This document shows, one piece after another, positions 20,943-31,092 of a stretch of 64,000 nt of DNA. How positions within the stretch are numbered: the stretch's first letter is position 1; every line of letters begins with the position of its first letter. The notes below the pieces were generated by a model, which was not told the origin of the DNA, made no database searches, and worked only from the letters and a program-made list of their open reading frames with translations. A program made the translations under genes and the position numbers. The stretch is from an uncultured delta proteobacterium (GTDB lineage Bacteria; Desulfobacterota; Binatia; JACPRU01), in the NCBI GenBank assembly GCA_963745025.1, contig CAVUWD010000006.1, forward strand, positions 64,001 through 128,000. The letters run 5' to 3'.

Positions 20943-22835
20943 TTACGACACGGGTGGCCTGGCTTCAGCGAAAACGCTCGCCGCGAACTCTTCGATCGAC
21001 ATCGCGGCGAGCTGCTCGCCGCTGCGAGCCCGCGGGGCGACCTTGCGCTCGGCCGCTTCGCGATCGCCGAGGATGAGCATGTAGGGGATCTTTTCGAGCT
21101 GCGCCTGACGGATCTTGTAGCCGAGCTTTTCGTTGCGGATGTCGAGCTCACCGCGCAGCCCCTTTCCACGCAGCTCGGCGAGGATCTCGGCGCCGTACTC
21201 CTCCTGTCGCTCGGTGAGGGTCAGCACCTTCACTTGCACCGGTGCGAGCCAGAGCGGGAACGCGCCGGCTGTGTGCTCGATCAGGATGGCGAGAAAGCGC
21301 TCGATCGAGCCGAGGAGAGCGCGGTGGATCATCACCGGCCGCTCCTCCTTCCCCTCCGGCGACACGTACGTGAGGTCGAACCGCTCAGGCAGCGCGTAAT
21401 CGAGCTGAATCGTCGTCAGCTGCCATTCGCGCCGCAGCGCATCGCGGAAGAGGAAGTCTATTTTCGGACCGTAGAACGCGCCGTCGCCGGGGTTGATTTC
21501 GAAGCGGAGGTCGTTCGCCTCGAGCGCCGCGCGGAGTGCCCCCTCGGCGTGGTCCCACATCGCGTCGCTCCCCATGCGCTGCGCCGGACGAGTCGAGAGA
21601 AAGACCCGGATGTCGTCGAACCCGAATGCGCGGTGAACAGCACCCGCCATCTCGATCACCTGCGTGATCTCCTCCTGCACTTGTGCGGGCGTGCAAAAGA
21701 TGTGCGCATCGTCCTGCGAGAACGTGCGCACGCGCGTGAGACCGTGCAGCACGCCCGACTTCTCGTACCGGTGGAGCTTCGAGAAGTCGGCGTAGCGCAG
21801 CGGCAGCTCGCGGTACGACCGTTTGGCGGTTCCGTAAACGAACGTGTGGCCGGGGCAATTCATCGGCTTCACGCCGAACTCGCGCTCGTCGATCTCGCAG
21901 AAGAACATGTTCTCGCGGAAGTTCTCGTAGTGGCCGGAGCGCTTCCAGAGTTCCACGTCGGCGATCTGCGGAGTGATCACCTCGCCGTAGCCGTAGCGTT
22001 CGTAGAGGCGGCGGATGAAGCCGATCAGCGCGTTGTAGACGGACGCTCCCTTCGGGTGGAAGAACGGGCTCCCCGGAGCGATCGCGTGAAAGCTCCAGAG
22101 GTCGAGTTCCTTGCCGAGCTTTCGATGATCCCGCCGCTTGGCTTCCTCGAGGAGCTCGAGGTGACGCTTGAGATCGGCGGCGTTCGCCCAAGCCGTGCCG
22201 TAGATCCGCTGCAGCATGGCGTTTCGCTCGTCGCCCCGCCAGTACGCCCCGGCGACGCTCGTCAGCTTGAACGCCCCGAGCTTCGACGTCGAAGGGACGT
22301 GCGGACCGCGGCAGAGATCTTTCCACTCTCCCTGCTGGTAAACCGAGACCGGGTCGTCGGGAATGCCCTCGAGGATCTCGACCTTGTAGGTCTCGCCCAT
22401 GGCGACGAAGAGCTTGATGGCGTCGGCCTTGCGCATCTCGTGGCGCGTCACCGTCAGGTTTCGCGACACGATCTCCTTCATCTTCTTCTCGATCTTCGTG
22501 AGGTCCTCTGGGGTGAAGGGCTCGGCGCGGACGAAGTCATAGTAGAAGCCGTCTTCGATCACCGGGCCGATCGTCACCTGCGTTCCCGGGAAAAGCTCCT
22601 GCACGGCCTGCGCCATCAGGTGTGCGGTGGAGTGGCGAATCACCTCGAGGCCTTCGGGGGAGTCGGGCAGGACGGGCTCGACCGGCGCATCTGCGGCGAT
22701 TGGCGTCGACAAGTCGATCAGCCTGCCGTCGAGGCGGGCCGCCACCGCCTTCTCTGCCGCCTTGCGGTCGCGCCGAGCGATCACCTCGCGTGCGGACGAG
22801 CCGGCCTCGGCAGGTGCCGTGACTCCGACCCTCAT
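20943..22835 (-). CDS. thrS: Threonine--tRNA ligase
   Basis: IRHSTAHLMAQA, DLCRGPH, RDHRKLG, KPMNCPGH, GAFYGPKID and IHRALLGSIERF. Confidence 0.97.
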   Translation of the reverse strand: MRVGVTAPAEAGSSAREVIARRDRKAAEKAVAARLDGRLIDLSTPIAADAPVEPVLPDSPEGLEVIRHSTAHLMAQAVQELFPGTQVTIGPVIEDGFYYDFVRAEPFTPEDLTKIEKKMKEIVSRNLTVTRHEMRKADAIKLFVAMGETYKVEILEGIPDDPVSVYQQGEWKDLCRGPHVPSTSKLGAFKLTSVAGAYWRGDERNAMLQRIYGTAWANAADLKRHLELLEEAKRRDHRKLGKELDLWSFHAIAPGSPFFHPKGASVYNALIGFIRRLYERYGYGEVITPQIADVELWKRSGHYENFRENMFFCEIDEREFGVKPMNCPGHTFVYGTAKRSYRELPLRYADFSKLHRYEKSGVLHGLTRVRTFSQDDAHIFCTPAQVQEEITQVIEMAGAVHRAFGFDDIRVFLSTRPAQRMGSDAMWDHAEGALRAALEANDLRFEINPGDGAFYGPKIDFLFRDALRREWQLTTIQLDYALPERFDLTYVSPEGKEERPVMIHRALLGSIERFLAILIEHTAGAFPLWLAPVQVKVLTLTERQEEYGAEILAELRGKGLRGELDIRNEKLGYKIRQAQLEKIPYMLILGDREAAERKVAPRARSGEQLAAMSIEEFAASVFAEARPPVS

Positions 22836-22889
22836 GCGCGAAAACGAGCGGTCGACATCAGAAAGAAAACCAGGTCGGCACCGGGATCA

Positions 22890-22964
22890 TGGTAGGCACG
22901 GGCGGGATTGAACCGCCGACCTCTTCCGTGTCAGGGAAGCGCTCTCCCACTGAGCTACGTGCCT
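22890..22964 (-). tRNA. tRNA-Val(GAC)
   Basis: AGGCACG acceptor stem, TAGCTCAGTGGGAGAGC D-arm, CTTCC-CTGACAC-GGAAG anticodon arm, GGTTCAATCC T-loop and encoded CCA. Confidence 0.96.
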
Positions 22965-23024
22965 TCGTCGGGACTCGCGTGCGGTGCATCCGGTTCGCGC
23001 GGGATTGGTCCAAGTCAACGAATT

Positions 23025-23053
23025 TGCCTAGCAACGGCGCCCCATTGTGTCAA
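23025..23053 (-). promoter_or_regulatory. Sigma70-like promoter for the tRNA-Val/thrS operon
   Basis: Minus strand TTGACA-17 nt-TAGGCA, about 60 nt upstream of the tRNA. Confidence 0.55.
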
Positions 23054-23254
23054 GGCGAGTCTGCCCCCGTCCTGGAGATCTGCCGCGAGCGGTGCGGGCG
23101 CTTAGTCTGAGCGTACCCCAATCCGGTCGAGCCGCTTGCGCATGTAGATCTTCTCGTGGCCCGCTGGGAGTCGGCAACGCCCCAGCCGACTCGAATCCGA
23201 ATCGTTCGCAGAACCGCGGGCCTGGAAGCTGTGCGTGTCGAGCACGATCTGCGG

Positions 23255-23281
23255 GCCGCTAAAAGATCTGCCCAAACGTCA
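23255..23281. repeat. 27-bp direct repeat, left copy (att-like; duplicated 3' end of the Omp85-family gene)
   Basis: gccgctaaaagatctgcccaaacgtca matches 26670-26696 at 26/27. On the minus strand it encodes TFGQIF-stop. Confidence 0.85.
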
Positions 23282-23715
23282 CATTCAAAGCGGTTTCTGA
23301 GCGTTTCAGAGCGGCTCAGCTCTCCGCGCCTTATCGCCGGAACCCTTTGAAAAACGCGCAGGCGGCTTCGATGACGGGCGACGTGCGTCGCGGGCATCGC
23401 GCACGCGGTCGGCGTGGAGCGGCGGTCGCGCGGGTTTCGGGTTCAGGAGGTCGACGGGCGCGCTGGTAGGGCTCGGTCGCGTCGATCGCGAAGAGCGTCT
23501 AGCCGAGCGGGAGCGCCGCGAGGCCGAAGAGTTCAGCGACCAGAGCGACCGGAGTTGGCCGCGATGGCGCGCGCGTTCCCGGCGTGGGTTCGACGTCTGC
23601 GCTGAGAGAGACAATGATCCGAGGCCCGGCGTCGGATCACAACCCCTAGCGGTGCATCGAATGCCTGACCACTGTATCTTGCGCTTTTACGGCGCCCTGT
23701 CGTATCCTCGGGATC

Positions 23716-23946
23716 ATGCGCGCGAGCGAATTTTGGAAACTTCGGGCCGAGGCGGGATGGAGGCAGCAAGAGACAGCCGACAAGTTGGGGTCGATCTCAG
23801 AACGATCCGGCGCTGGGAATCTGACGCCGACCCGACGCCGTCCCTCCGATTGCCGAGCGCCTGTTCAAAGTGCTCACCGACCGGCGCCTGATGGCCGCCG
23901 CGTTCGGCGCTCACGACCCCACCCGCTGGCGGAAAATCCGGGGCTA
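23716..23946 (+). pseudogene. Xre-family HTH regulator, two frameshifts
   Basis: Joining three frames gives MRASEFWKLRAEAGWRQQETADKLG / VDLRTIRRWESDADPTP / VPPIAERLFKVL. A leaderless-type TATCCT lies 7 nt before the ATG. Confidence 0.65.
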
Positions 23947-24182
23947 GGTCCGCCGAAGCCCGCTTACCCGCGAGCGCCCGAGCGCCCCTTGCGCACCGCC
24001 GCCGAGCTGAACGATCCCTGCGACCCCGCCAGTTACGACGCGAGGGTGCGCGCCGTGAGGCGGCGCGGGTCGCCTCAGCCGAAGGTCGCGGCGCGGCGAG
24101 AGGTAGACCCGCTGGACCCGATCGACCCCGATTCATACGGCGCCCGCGTGAAGGCGCTGCGTGCGTGTAGGGAGGGTGACGA

Positions 24183-24527
24183 ATGAAGTTCGACGATCAG
24201 CCGCTCACGTACTCCGCCGAAGAGATGCGACAGCTCGCCGACTCCGAACTGGCGAAGGCGTGGCGGCTCGAGCAGGTCGAGCGCTCAGCAGCGCGGCGTG
24301 CGCTTGCGGAACGTGCCGAGCATCTGCGCGTCCAGCGGCACCGGATCGAAAGCGAACGGCAAGAGGCTCGTCTTCGAGCTGCTCGGCTCGAAGAGGACTT
24401 CGACCGACAGTTCGCTGAGCTTGCCGCCGCCGAGAAGCAGCTCGCCGACGACCGATCGAGCTTCGAGCGCGAGCGCGTGGAGCCGGTCGGCGCAGCAGAG
24501 CCGCCGCGAGCCGAAGTGGAGCCGTGA
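24183..24527 (+). CDS. Hypothetical coiled-coil protein
   Basis: RBS GGAGG. E/R/A/Q-rich helical pattern; overlaps the preceding stop (ATGA). Confidence 0.6.
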   Translation: MKFDDQPLTYSAEEMRQLADSELAKAWRLEQVERSAARRALAERAEHLRVQRHRIESERQEARLRAARLEEDFDRQFAELAAAEKQLADDRSSFERERVEPVGAAEPPRAEVEP

Positions 24528-24989
24528 ATTGAAGATCGACGATCCGCACGGGCGTTTCACCGCCCACTCCCGGTCGATTGCCGAGCGGCGGCGGTGCGGT
24601 CTGCCGCTCGGATTCTTCCCCGATGAGGGGTCGGATCTCCCGGTGCGCCAGGGCCTCACGCGTCGCCCGAGGGGCCGGGATCTGCGCAAGCGGTGGCGGA
24701 CTGAGGCGTGACCGTCACCGGCCTCTTGCTTCGCCGCGCGACGCGGGGCGTGGCCGATGCTTCCACGAGCCCGCGTTGTGCTCTTGTGCGGTCGACGGCG
24801 TGCGGTCGGGGCATTGGGCTCCGATCGTGCGCCTTCGACGATGAGGTTGGGATGAGACGGGACCGTCCCCGTCTTTTCCCCGCCTCGTCTTTGACGATGA
24901 GGTGATCGCTGAAGCGCGACGGCCAAGCGACGCGGCGGCGTGAGCAGGAGCGGCGCGACGTGCCGCCGCGAAACGAGCCGCAAAAGTCC

Positions 24990-25412
24990 TTACTGGACCC
25001 GGCAAGGCCCCCTGGACGTGACTTGGCCATCTGGTCCAAGCCGTATGCCGCAGACGTAAACGAACGTCGCGCCATTCCCCCGACAAGTGAATTCCACGTG
25101 CTCAATGGTGTTCAGCGGCCCGTCCACGCTCCCCGCGAAGTGGTCTGTGCTGCGACCACGACCGAGCACCTTTCCGGTCGCGTCGAGCTTGTCGATGCTC
25201 GAAAGTGTCAACCGATACTCAATATGACCATCGGGCCATGTCTTCGAAATGAAGTCCTCCGTCAGGTACATGGTCGCTGGAGCGGGCGAGCACACGCCGG
25301 TCGCGTCCAATGTGAAGTCGAGGGTTCCAGAGACTTCACTCACGGGTGAGGCCTTCGCTGGCATCGATGCAAACAGGGCGAGTAATGAGAATGAAAGAAC
25401 AAACTTATTCAT
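24990..25412 (-). CDS. Hypothetical secreted beta-rich protein
   Basis: Signal peptide MNKFVLSFSLLALFASMPAKA, four Cys, and an AT-richer 5' region. Confidence 0.6.
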   Translation of the reverse strand: MNKFVLSFSLLALFASMPAKASPVSEVSGTLDFTLDATGVCSPAPATMYLTEDFISKTWPDGHIEYRLTLSSIDKLDATGKVLGRGRSTDHFAGSVDGPLNTIEHVEFTCRGNGATFVYVCGIRLGPDGQVTSRGPCRVQ

Positions 25413-25584
25413 GTGAGGTTTCTTAGTCCCAATACTGGACCCTGTCACTCGGACAATAGCCCGTACAGTAAGGGGAAACACCCACGCGCGCCGCAAAGCC
25501 CAGCTTCCCACGCGCGCGAGGAGATCTCCGCGATCGAAGCGCCGAGATCGCGCCATCAGAAGAGAAGCAGAGCGTCAGCGCGAC

Positions 25585-25945
25585 GTGAGGCGCGAGCTGC
25601 GCCGCGGTCACTTCGCTTCGAACGCCGCCCCCGTGACGCTCGGCGAGAACGGCGGCGAGCACGGTGAGCACCGCGAGCGCTACTGGGAGCGGCGGTCAAG
25701 CCTGCCGCCCGCGCCGTCGACCCTCTTCACGCCGCTCGCGGTCGTGCCGCCTGCTCCGCGTGGCGCGCCTCGAACGGGGGCGCGCGCTCTACTCGTGGCG
25801 ATCGTGCAGGACGCCGTCGACCTAGTCACGCATCGCGTCGTCGCCCCGCCCGCCGAGATCCGAGCGGCGCGCGGCTGGATCGCAGCGGGCGACGTGGGGG
25901 TCGTGAGCTTCGACGGCTGTTGCTTCGCGCTCGAATGGGAAAGGC
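25585..25945 (+). pseudogene. Conserved-hypothetical-like fragment (RALLVAIVQDA...SFDGCCFAL), truncated
   Basis: Resembles a small uncharacterised LxAVLEDA...W...SFxxIC family, recalled rather than searched. Coding character is lost after about 25940. Confidence 0.35.
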
Positions 25946-26231
25946 GCCATAGTCGTCGTCAATCTCACCGTGGTAGCGGTGACCTTCACCGTCCTAGAGG
26001 TCAGCATCGGTGGGAGCCTGTTCGGTTGGGCTCGAATCGCTCTCCCCGTCCTCATCGGCGAGGAGAGGGGTAGCGATGAACGCGAACCAACCAAGCAAGG
26101 CAAGCGCGGCGGCGCAGCGGAAGGTCATGTCTCTTCAGCCGCGAGCATAGCACTGCATGCCGATGCGCTGGAGCTTCTTGAGCGGCTCGCGCGCGTGGGC
26201 TGGGGTGGCGGGCGATCCTCTCGCCCCGTCT

Positions 26232-26552
26232 CTAGCGGTCATCCCCCCGACATCGCACTGCGCCACGCGCCGTCGCCTCGCTCTCCGCGCGCTCGAGTAG
26301 GCGTGTGCCGAGGCGCTTGCCGCGCCAGGCTTCGTGCACCCACAGGAGCTTGATCTCGCAGCATCCGCCCCACGTCCAGCCATAAAGACCGCCGATCGTC
26401 TGACCGCCCGCGTCACGGGCGAAGATCCCGAGGAGTCGCCCGTCGTCGATGCCAGTGCGCCTCGCATTGAACTCGTAGAGACAATCGTCGAGGAGCTGAA
26501 CGTCGTCCCTGCTCGGCGCGTCGGTAACCGAGAGATCGACCAGCTCGCTCAT
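26232..26552 (-). pseudogene. GNAT acetyltransferase, C-terminally truncated
   Basis: IKLLWVHEAWRGKRLGTRLLERAE (motif A). The usual C-terminal FY..GY motif B is missing. Confidence 0.7.
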
Positions 26553-26669
26553 GGCCCGCGTCTAGTCGATAGGGCCCTTCCCATCAAGAGACGCGACGAG
26601 GTTCTTCCCCGCTCCGAGTGCCGGCCGAAGCCGAGCGGCACGTAAAGGAGATGTGCCGCGAACGCGAGC

Positions 26670-26696
26670 GCCGCTAAAAGATGTGCCCAAACGTCA
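26670..26696. repeat. 27-bp direct repeat, right copy (actual 3' end of the Omp85-family gene)
   Basis: gccgctaaaagatgtgcccaaacgtca. On the minus strand it encodes TFGHIF-stop. Confidence 0.85.
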
Positions 26697-27909
26697 GGTA
26701 GACGAGCCCCGTCTCCTCATTGCTGAAGCCGACGTCGATACGGGCCAGGATGGCCTCACCGAGCGCGATTCGAACCCCGCCTCCGTAGCTGTAACGGAAC
26801 TGCTCGAACACGCTTGGCAGAAGGTCGCTGTTCACTTCGAACTGGCGGCTCAGATCCGATTCGTTGAGGAAGACGCGCCCCATGTCGCCGAACGCCACGC
26901 CGTCGATGCGCACGCGCCAGATGTCGTAGAAGTCGAAATCGAGGAGCTTCAGGCGGTACTCGCCGTTGATCATCACCCGGCTTTGGCCGAGGAAGCGATC
27001 CTCCCAAAAGCCGCGGAGATTCTGTGCCCCGCCGAGCGAGGCATCTTCGTAGAAGGGAACCTCGCGGGACCCGGCATCGATGTACTCGCCGCCGACGCGC
27101 AGGCCGAGCACCTGGCGGCGCGTCAGCAGTGGGTAGAGATAGCTCGCATCCAGAATGTAGCGCGTGTACTGGAATTCGCTGCCGAGAGCGTGCCCAACGT
27201 GTTGGACCTTGAGGATCAGGTTCCAGCCGCGCGTCGGGCGCGTGATCTCCTCGCGGTTGTTGTAGACGACCGAGAACGCGATCGGGTTGGTGTAGCCGCC
27301 GTGGATGCCGACGAGGTCCGGAAAGGCGGACGCGGTCGAAGGCGTCGAATCCTCGAGGCGGCCAGTGGTGATCTGAACGTTGGTGACGCCCGCGGTCAGC
27401 GCCAATGTGAGCCGCGGCAGCGGCCGCACCGCGAGCGTAGCGAGCCCGGAGAAGAGGCGATATCCGTTGGTCGACGCGGGATCCGGACCGACGTCGTTGT
27501 TGCCGAGCCCGAAGAACTCCTTCGTCGGGTCGTAGAGGTATTCGCCCTCGAGGGCGGCGATCACCGTGTCGTCGAAGAAGTGGGGCGCAACCACCGCCAC
27601 TCGCACATTTTGCTGGAGCTCCACGGCGTAGTTGCCCTCCACGTCCAGCGTCAGGCGCTCGGACGTGGCATTTCGGTCGGTAAACTTGACGCCTGCGTTG
27701 ATCCCCTTGGAGGGACTGTAACCGATCTGCGGCAGGATCGCCCAAGTCTGGCTTCGTGGGATCTCGCCCTGCGCCTTCATCGCCGATTGCTGGATCACGT
27801 TCGTGAGAAGGCTCTCCGTGTCCAGGTTTTCTCTTGCGCGCGCAGGCCACGGCGAGACGAGAACTCCGGCAACGAGAAGTGCTCGCAGGATCGACCATCG
27901 GGAGATCAC
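26674..27909 (-). CDS. Omp85/BamA-TamA-family outer-membrane barrel protein without POTRA domains
   Basis: Signal peptide, LGGAQNLRGF..DRF, SYGGGVR, ARIDVGF and a terminal Phe. GTG start overlaps the MFS stop. Confidence 0.82.
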   Translation of the reverse strand: MISRWSILRALLVAGVLVSPWPARARENLDTESLLTNVIQQSAMKAQGEIPRSQTWAILPQIGYSPSKGINAGVKFTDRNATSERLTLDVEGNYAVELQQNVRVAVVAPHFFDDTVIAALEGEYLYDPTKEFFGLGNNDVGPDPASTNGYRLFSGLATLAVRPLPRLTLALTAGVTNVQITTGRLEDSTPSTASAFPDLVGIHGGYTNPIAFSVVYNNREEITRPTRGWNLILKVQHVGHALGSEFQYTRYILDASYLYPLLTRRQVLGLRVGGEYIDAGSREVPFYEDASLGGAQNLRGFWEDRFLGQSRVMINGEYRLKLLDFDFYDIWRVRIDGVAFGDMGRVFLNESDLSRQFEVNSDLLPSVFEQFRYSYGGGVRIALGEAILARIDVGFSNEETGLVYLTFGHIF

Positions 27910-29167
27910 CTCGCCTCCCTTGCGAGGCGGGCAGGGGAACCGCGGATACCCGAGATGCATGCCGCCGCGATGACCGTCGTCAGCAGCACGAGACCGAAGG
28001 CCGTCTGGTAGCCTCCGGTCCGATCGTGAATCCAGCCCACGAATGGGACGCCGAGCGCCTGGAGCGTGACGATCACCGGCGTCATGCGACCGGCGATCGC
28101 GCCGTAGTGCACACGGCCGAAGGACTCGCCGATCACGGTGGCTTGCAGCGTGGCGTTGCCGCCCATCGCATAGCCGTAGAGCACGACGTAGAGGACGAGC
28201 ATGGCAGGGGAAGTGGCGAAGAAGAGCAAGCTCACGCCGAGCGCCTGGAGGCTGAAGCAGAAGAGGATCACCCGCCGCTGATCGAGCCGGTCGATCAAGG
28301 TTCCGAAGCCGAGCTTGCCGATCACCCCGACCGCGGCCGTGCCGCCGAGCACCCACGAGGCCAGCGCGGGCGACGCGCCCTGGTCGAGGAGATAGGGAAT
28401 CTGATGGATGAGGATCGCCGAGAGGCCGCTCACGGTGAGCCCGAAGGCGATGGCGATCAGCCAGAAGTCACGGCTGCGGACCGCCTGGCTCGGCGAGATC
28501 GATCGCTCGAGTTCGCGCTCGACGAGGCCGATGTTCCGCTCGCTGACCCGGAACGGCTCTCCGTCCGGGCGCAGACCCATCGACTCGGGAGAGCGGCGCA
28601 TCCAGAGCGCTACCGGCGGCATGCCGCAGCCCACCACTATCGCCGCGAGCCCGAGAAACGCGCCCCGCCAGCCGAACCGATCGATGAGCAGCTGGGTCAG
28701 CGGTACGAAGATCACGCCGCCCATCGAGATGCCGGCGGTCGAGATGCCGAGGGCCGTACCGCGCCTTGCCAGAAACCAGCGGGCGACGGCCGTGTTGCTC
28801 GACACCGGCCCGAGCGCCGCCGAGCCGAGGGCCACGAGCAGTCCCATCGTCAGGTAGTACTGCGCGAGCGAGCGCGTGGCGGCGAGAACCACGTAGCCGA
28901 CACCGAGCACCGCCGCGCCGAACAACTGTACGGGCCGCGGTCCGTAGCGATCGACGAACCGCCCGAGCACGATCGCATAGAAGGCGCCGAGCACCGTCGC
29001 GAGCGAGAAGCCCCATGACGTCTGTGCGCGCGTCCAGCCGAAGTAGAGCGAAAGCGGACGGAAGAAGACGGCGAAGCCGTAGAAGACCGTGCCGACGTTC
29101 AAACAGTGAGTGATGAAGCAAATCGCAACGATCCTCCACCCGTAGAAGATGCGTGGGGACGTTTCAC
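27906..29167 (-). CDS. MFS transporter (OFA/monocarboxylate-like)
   Basis: IFYGWRIV, GRFVDRYGPR and ARWFLARRGTALG, with about 12 TM segments. The probable GTG start at 29167 needs a +1 correction in a C run. Confidence 0.88.
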
Positions 29168-29286
29168 GCTTCCTTCGCTCTTCCAGGGCCCTGGACCTTG
29201 CTCAGCCTCGACCGGCCGAGGAGAAGCGCGACGGATGCTCCCCCATCGTCGACTCGGGGTTACGGCTACGGACGCAGCGTCGGCAC

Positions 29287-29550
29287 ATGCAGCAGGCGGA
29301 TTATCCGATTCTGGTGGGCTTTGGCCAGATCACACAGAACAGCGACGATCCGCTGAAGGCTCTCGAGCCGATCGCGCTCGCCGCGTCGGGCGGAAGCGGA
29401 TGCGGGCAAGGCGCTTCTCGCGCACGTCGACTCGGTGCGGGACCTCGCCACGACCGGGTCACCGATGTGCTTCGGTGATCCCGGGAGCAATCATCCGCTG
29501 CCCGAGATGATCGGCGCTCCGGGCCGTGTCGAGAGCGGGAGCGGTGATGC
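29287..29550 (+). pseudogene. Acetyl-CoA acetyltransferase-like N-terminal remnant
   Basis: PILVGFGQITQ..DDP..ALEPIAL, then AEADAGKALLAHVDSVR in another frame. The rest of the gene is absent. Confidence 0.5.
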
Positions 29551-29599
29551 CGCGACGAATCTCTGGCAGCCCGCCGGAGGAGTCGACTATAGTCCGCGG

Positions 29600-31015
29600 A
29601 TGACTTCTCCAAACGAAGCGCTCACCGATCTGACGATCCGCGCCGCCGCGGCGCAAATTCGCGAGCGGAGGCTCTCGCCTCTCGAGCTCACCAACGCTTA
29701 CCTCGAGCGCATCGAGCGGGTGAATCCGAGGATCAACGCCTACGTGACGGTCACCGCCGAGCGCGCGCTCGCCGATGCACGGCGCGCGACCGAAGAGATC
29801 TCGAAGGGCGGACCCCGCACCCCCTTGCATGGGATTCCGATCGCGCTCAAGGACCTCTTCGAGACCGCGGGCATCCGCACGACCGCCGGCGCCAAGTTCT
29901 TCGCCGATTACGTCCCGAAGACGGACTGCACGGCAGCCCGTCGCCTGCGCGAGGCGGGCTCCGTGCTGCTCGGCAAGCTCAATACCCACGAGTTCGCCTA
30001 CGGCGTCACGACCGACAATCCTCACTTCGGAACGACCCGCAATCCGTGGGATCCGAGTCGGATTCCCGGCGGCTCGAGCGGAGGTTCCGGCGCTGCGATT
30101 GCCGCCTCGCTCGCCGTCGCGACGCTCGGCACCGACACGGGCGGGAGCATTCGCATCCCGTCCTCGCTCTGCGGCGCGGTCGGACTGAAGCCGACCTACG
30201 GGCGAGTCAGCAAGGCCGGCGTTTTCCCGCTCTCCTACATCTTCGACCACCCCGGCCCGATCGCCCGCAGCGTCGACGACGCGGCGCTCGTGCTCGAAAC
30301 GATCGCCGGCTACGACCCGGCCGATCCGACCAGCGTGCGCGTACCGGTCGAGCCCTATGCGCGTGATCTCGGGCGTGGCGTCAAAGGCCTGCGCATCGGT
30401 GTCCCGCGTCGCTACTTCTACGAGCGGCTCGACGCGGACGTCGGCACCGCGGTCGAGGCGGCGCTCGGCGTGCTGCGCGGCCTCGGCGCCGTGGTATGTG
30501 ACGTCGACCTGATGAGCAGCGAGGCGGGGATCCTATCGCTCTTCGCGATCGTGCTCGCCGAAGCACGACAGATTCACGCCGAGCGTCTCGCCTCCCGGCC
30601 GGAGGACTTCGGCCGCGACGTCATGGCGATCTTCTCGCAAGACCCGCCGAAGTCGGCCGCAGTCGTCGCCGCGCTCGAGGAGACCTACAAGCTCTCCACG
30701 GCGATGCGCGAGGCGCTCGAGTCGGCGGACGTGCTGGTCACGCCGACGACGCCCGTTCCCGCCGTGAAGATCGGCCAGGAGACTGTCCGCTGCGGCGGTA
30801 CCGAGGAGTCGACGATCTTGACGATGATCCGCTGCACGGCGCCCTTTAACGCCACGCATCTTCCCGCGCTTTCCCTTCCCTGCGGCTTCAATCGCCAAGG
30901 CCTACCGATCGGTCTGCAGATCGCCGGGCGTCCGTTCGACGAGTCGACCGTGCTCGCGGTCGGCCACGCGTACGAACAAGCCACCGAATGGCATCAGCGG
31001 AGACCGGAGCTGTGA
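29600..31015 (+). CDS. Amidase signature family protein (GatA-like)
   Basis: LHGIPIALKD, PGGSSGGS, LGTDTGGSIRIPS and GLPIGLQI. Confidence 0.92.
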   Translation: MTSPNEALTDLTIRAAAAQIRERRLSPLELTNAYLERIERVNPRINAYVTVTAERALADARRATEEISKGGPRTPLHGIPIALKDLFETAGIRTTAGAKFFADYVPKTDCTAARRLREAGSVLLGKLNTHEFAYGVTTDNPHFGTTRNPWDPSRIPGGSSGGSGAAIAASLAVATLGTDTGGSIRIPSSLCGAVGLKPTYGRVSKAGVFPLSYIFDHPGPIARSVDDAALVLETIAGYDPADPTSVRVPVEPYARDLGRGVKGLRIGVPRRYFYERLDADVGTAVEAALGVLRGLGAVVCDVDLMSSEAGILSLFAIVLAEARQIHAERLASRPEDFGRDVMAIFSQDPPKSAAVVAALEETYKLSTAMREALESADVLVTPTTPVPAVKIGQETVRCGGTEESTILTMIRCTAPFNATHLPALSLPCGFNRQGLPIGLQIAGRPFDESTVLAVGHAYEQATEWHQRRPEL

Positions 31016-31033
31016 GATGCGATCACCGGCATC

Positions 31034-31092
31034 CGGCTACGGCTGCCGGATGCCGGAAAAGATTCCGCGATGTCTGCGGTAGCCGGTAACCG
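31034..31092. repeat. Degenerate heptamer palindromic repeat (copy D) between convergent genes
   Basis: cggctacggctgccgg..aaagattccgcg..ggtagccggtaaccg. Confidence 0.55.

Larger units (their letters stand above)
23255..26696. mobile_element. 3.4-kb att-flanked genomic islet without a recognisable integrase
   Basis: Bounded by a 27-bp direct repeat. Contains an Xre HTH, short coupled hypothetical ORFs, an AT-richer secreted-protein gene and truncated genes. Confidence 0.7.

Noticed and set aside
22890-22964. tRNA-Val as the integration site of the adjacent islet
   Set aside because: The islet lies 5' of the tRNA and no duplicated tRNA end was seen. The direct repeat matches the Omp85 gene end instead.
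15789-22964. tRNA-Val-thrS-infC-rpmI-rplT-pheST-ihfA gene order
   Set aside because: Ordinary conserved core operon.
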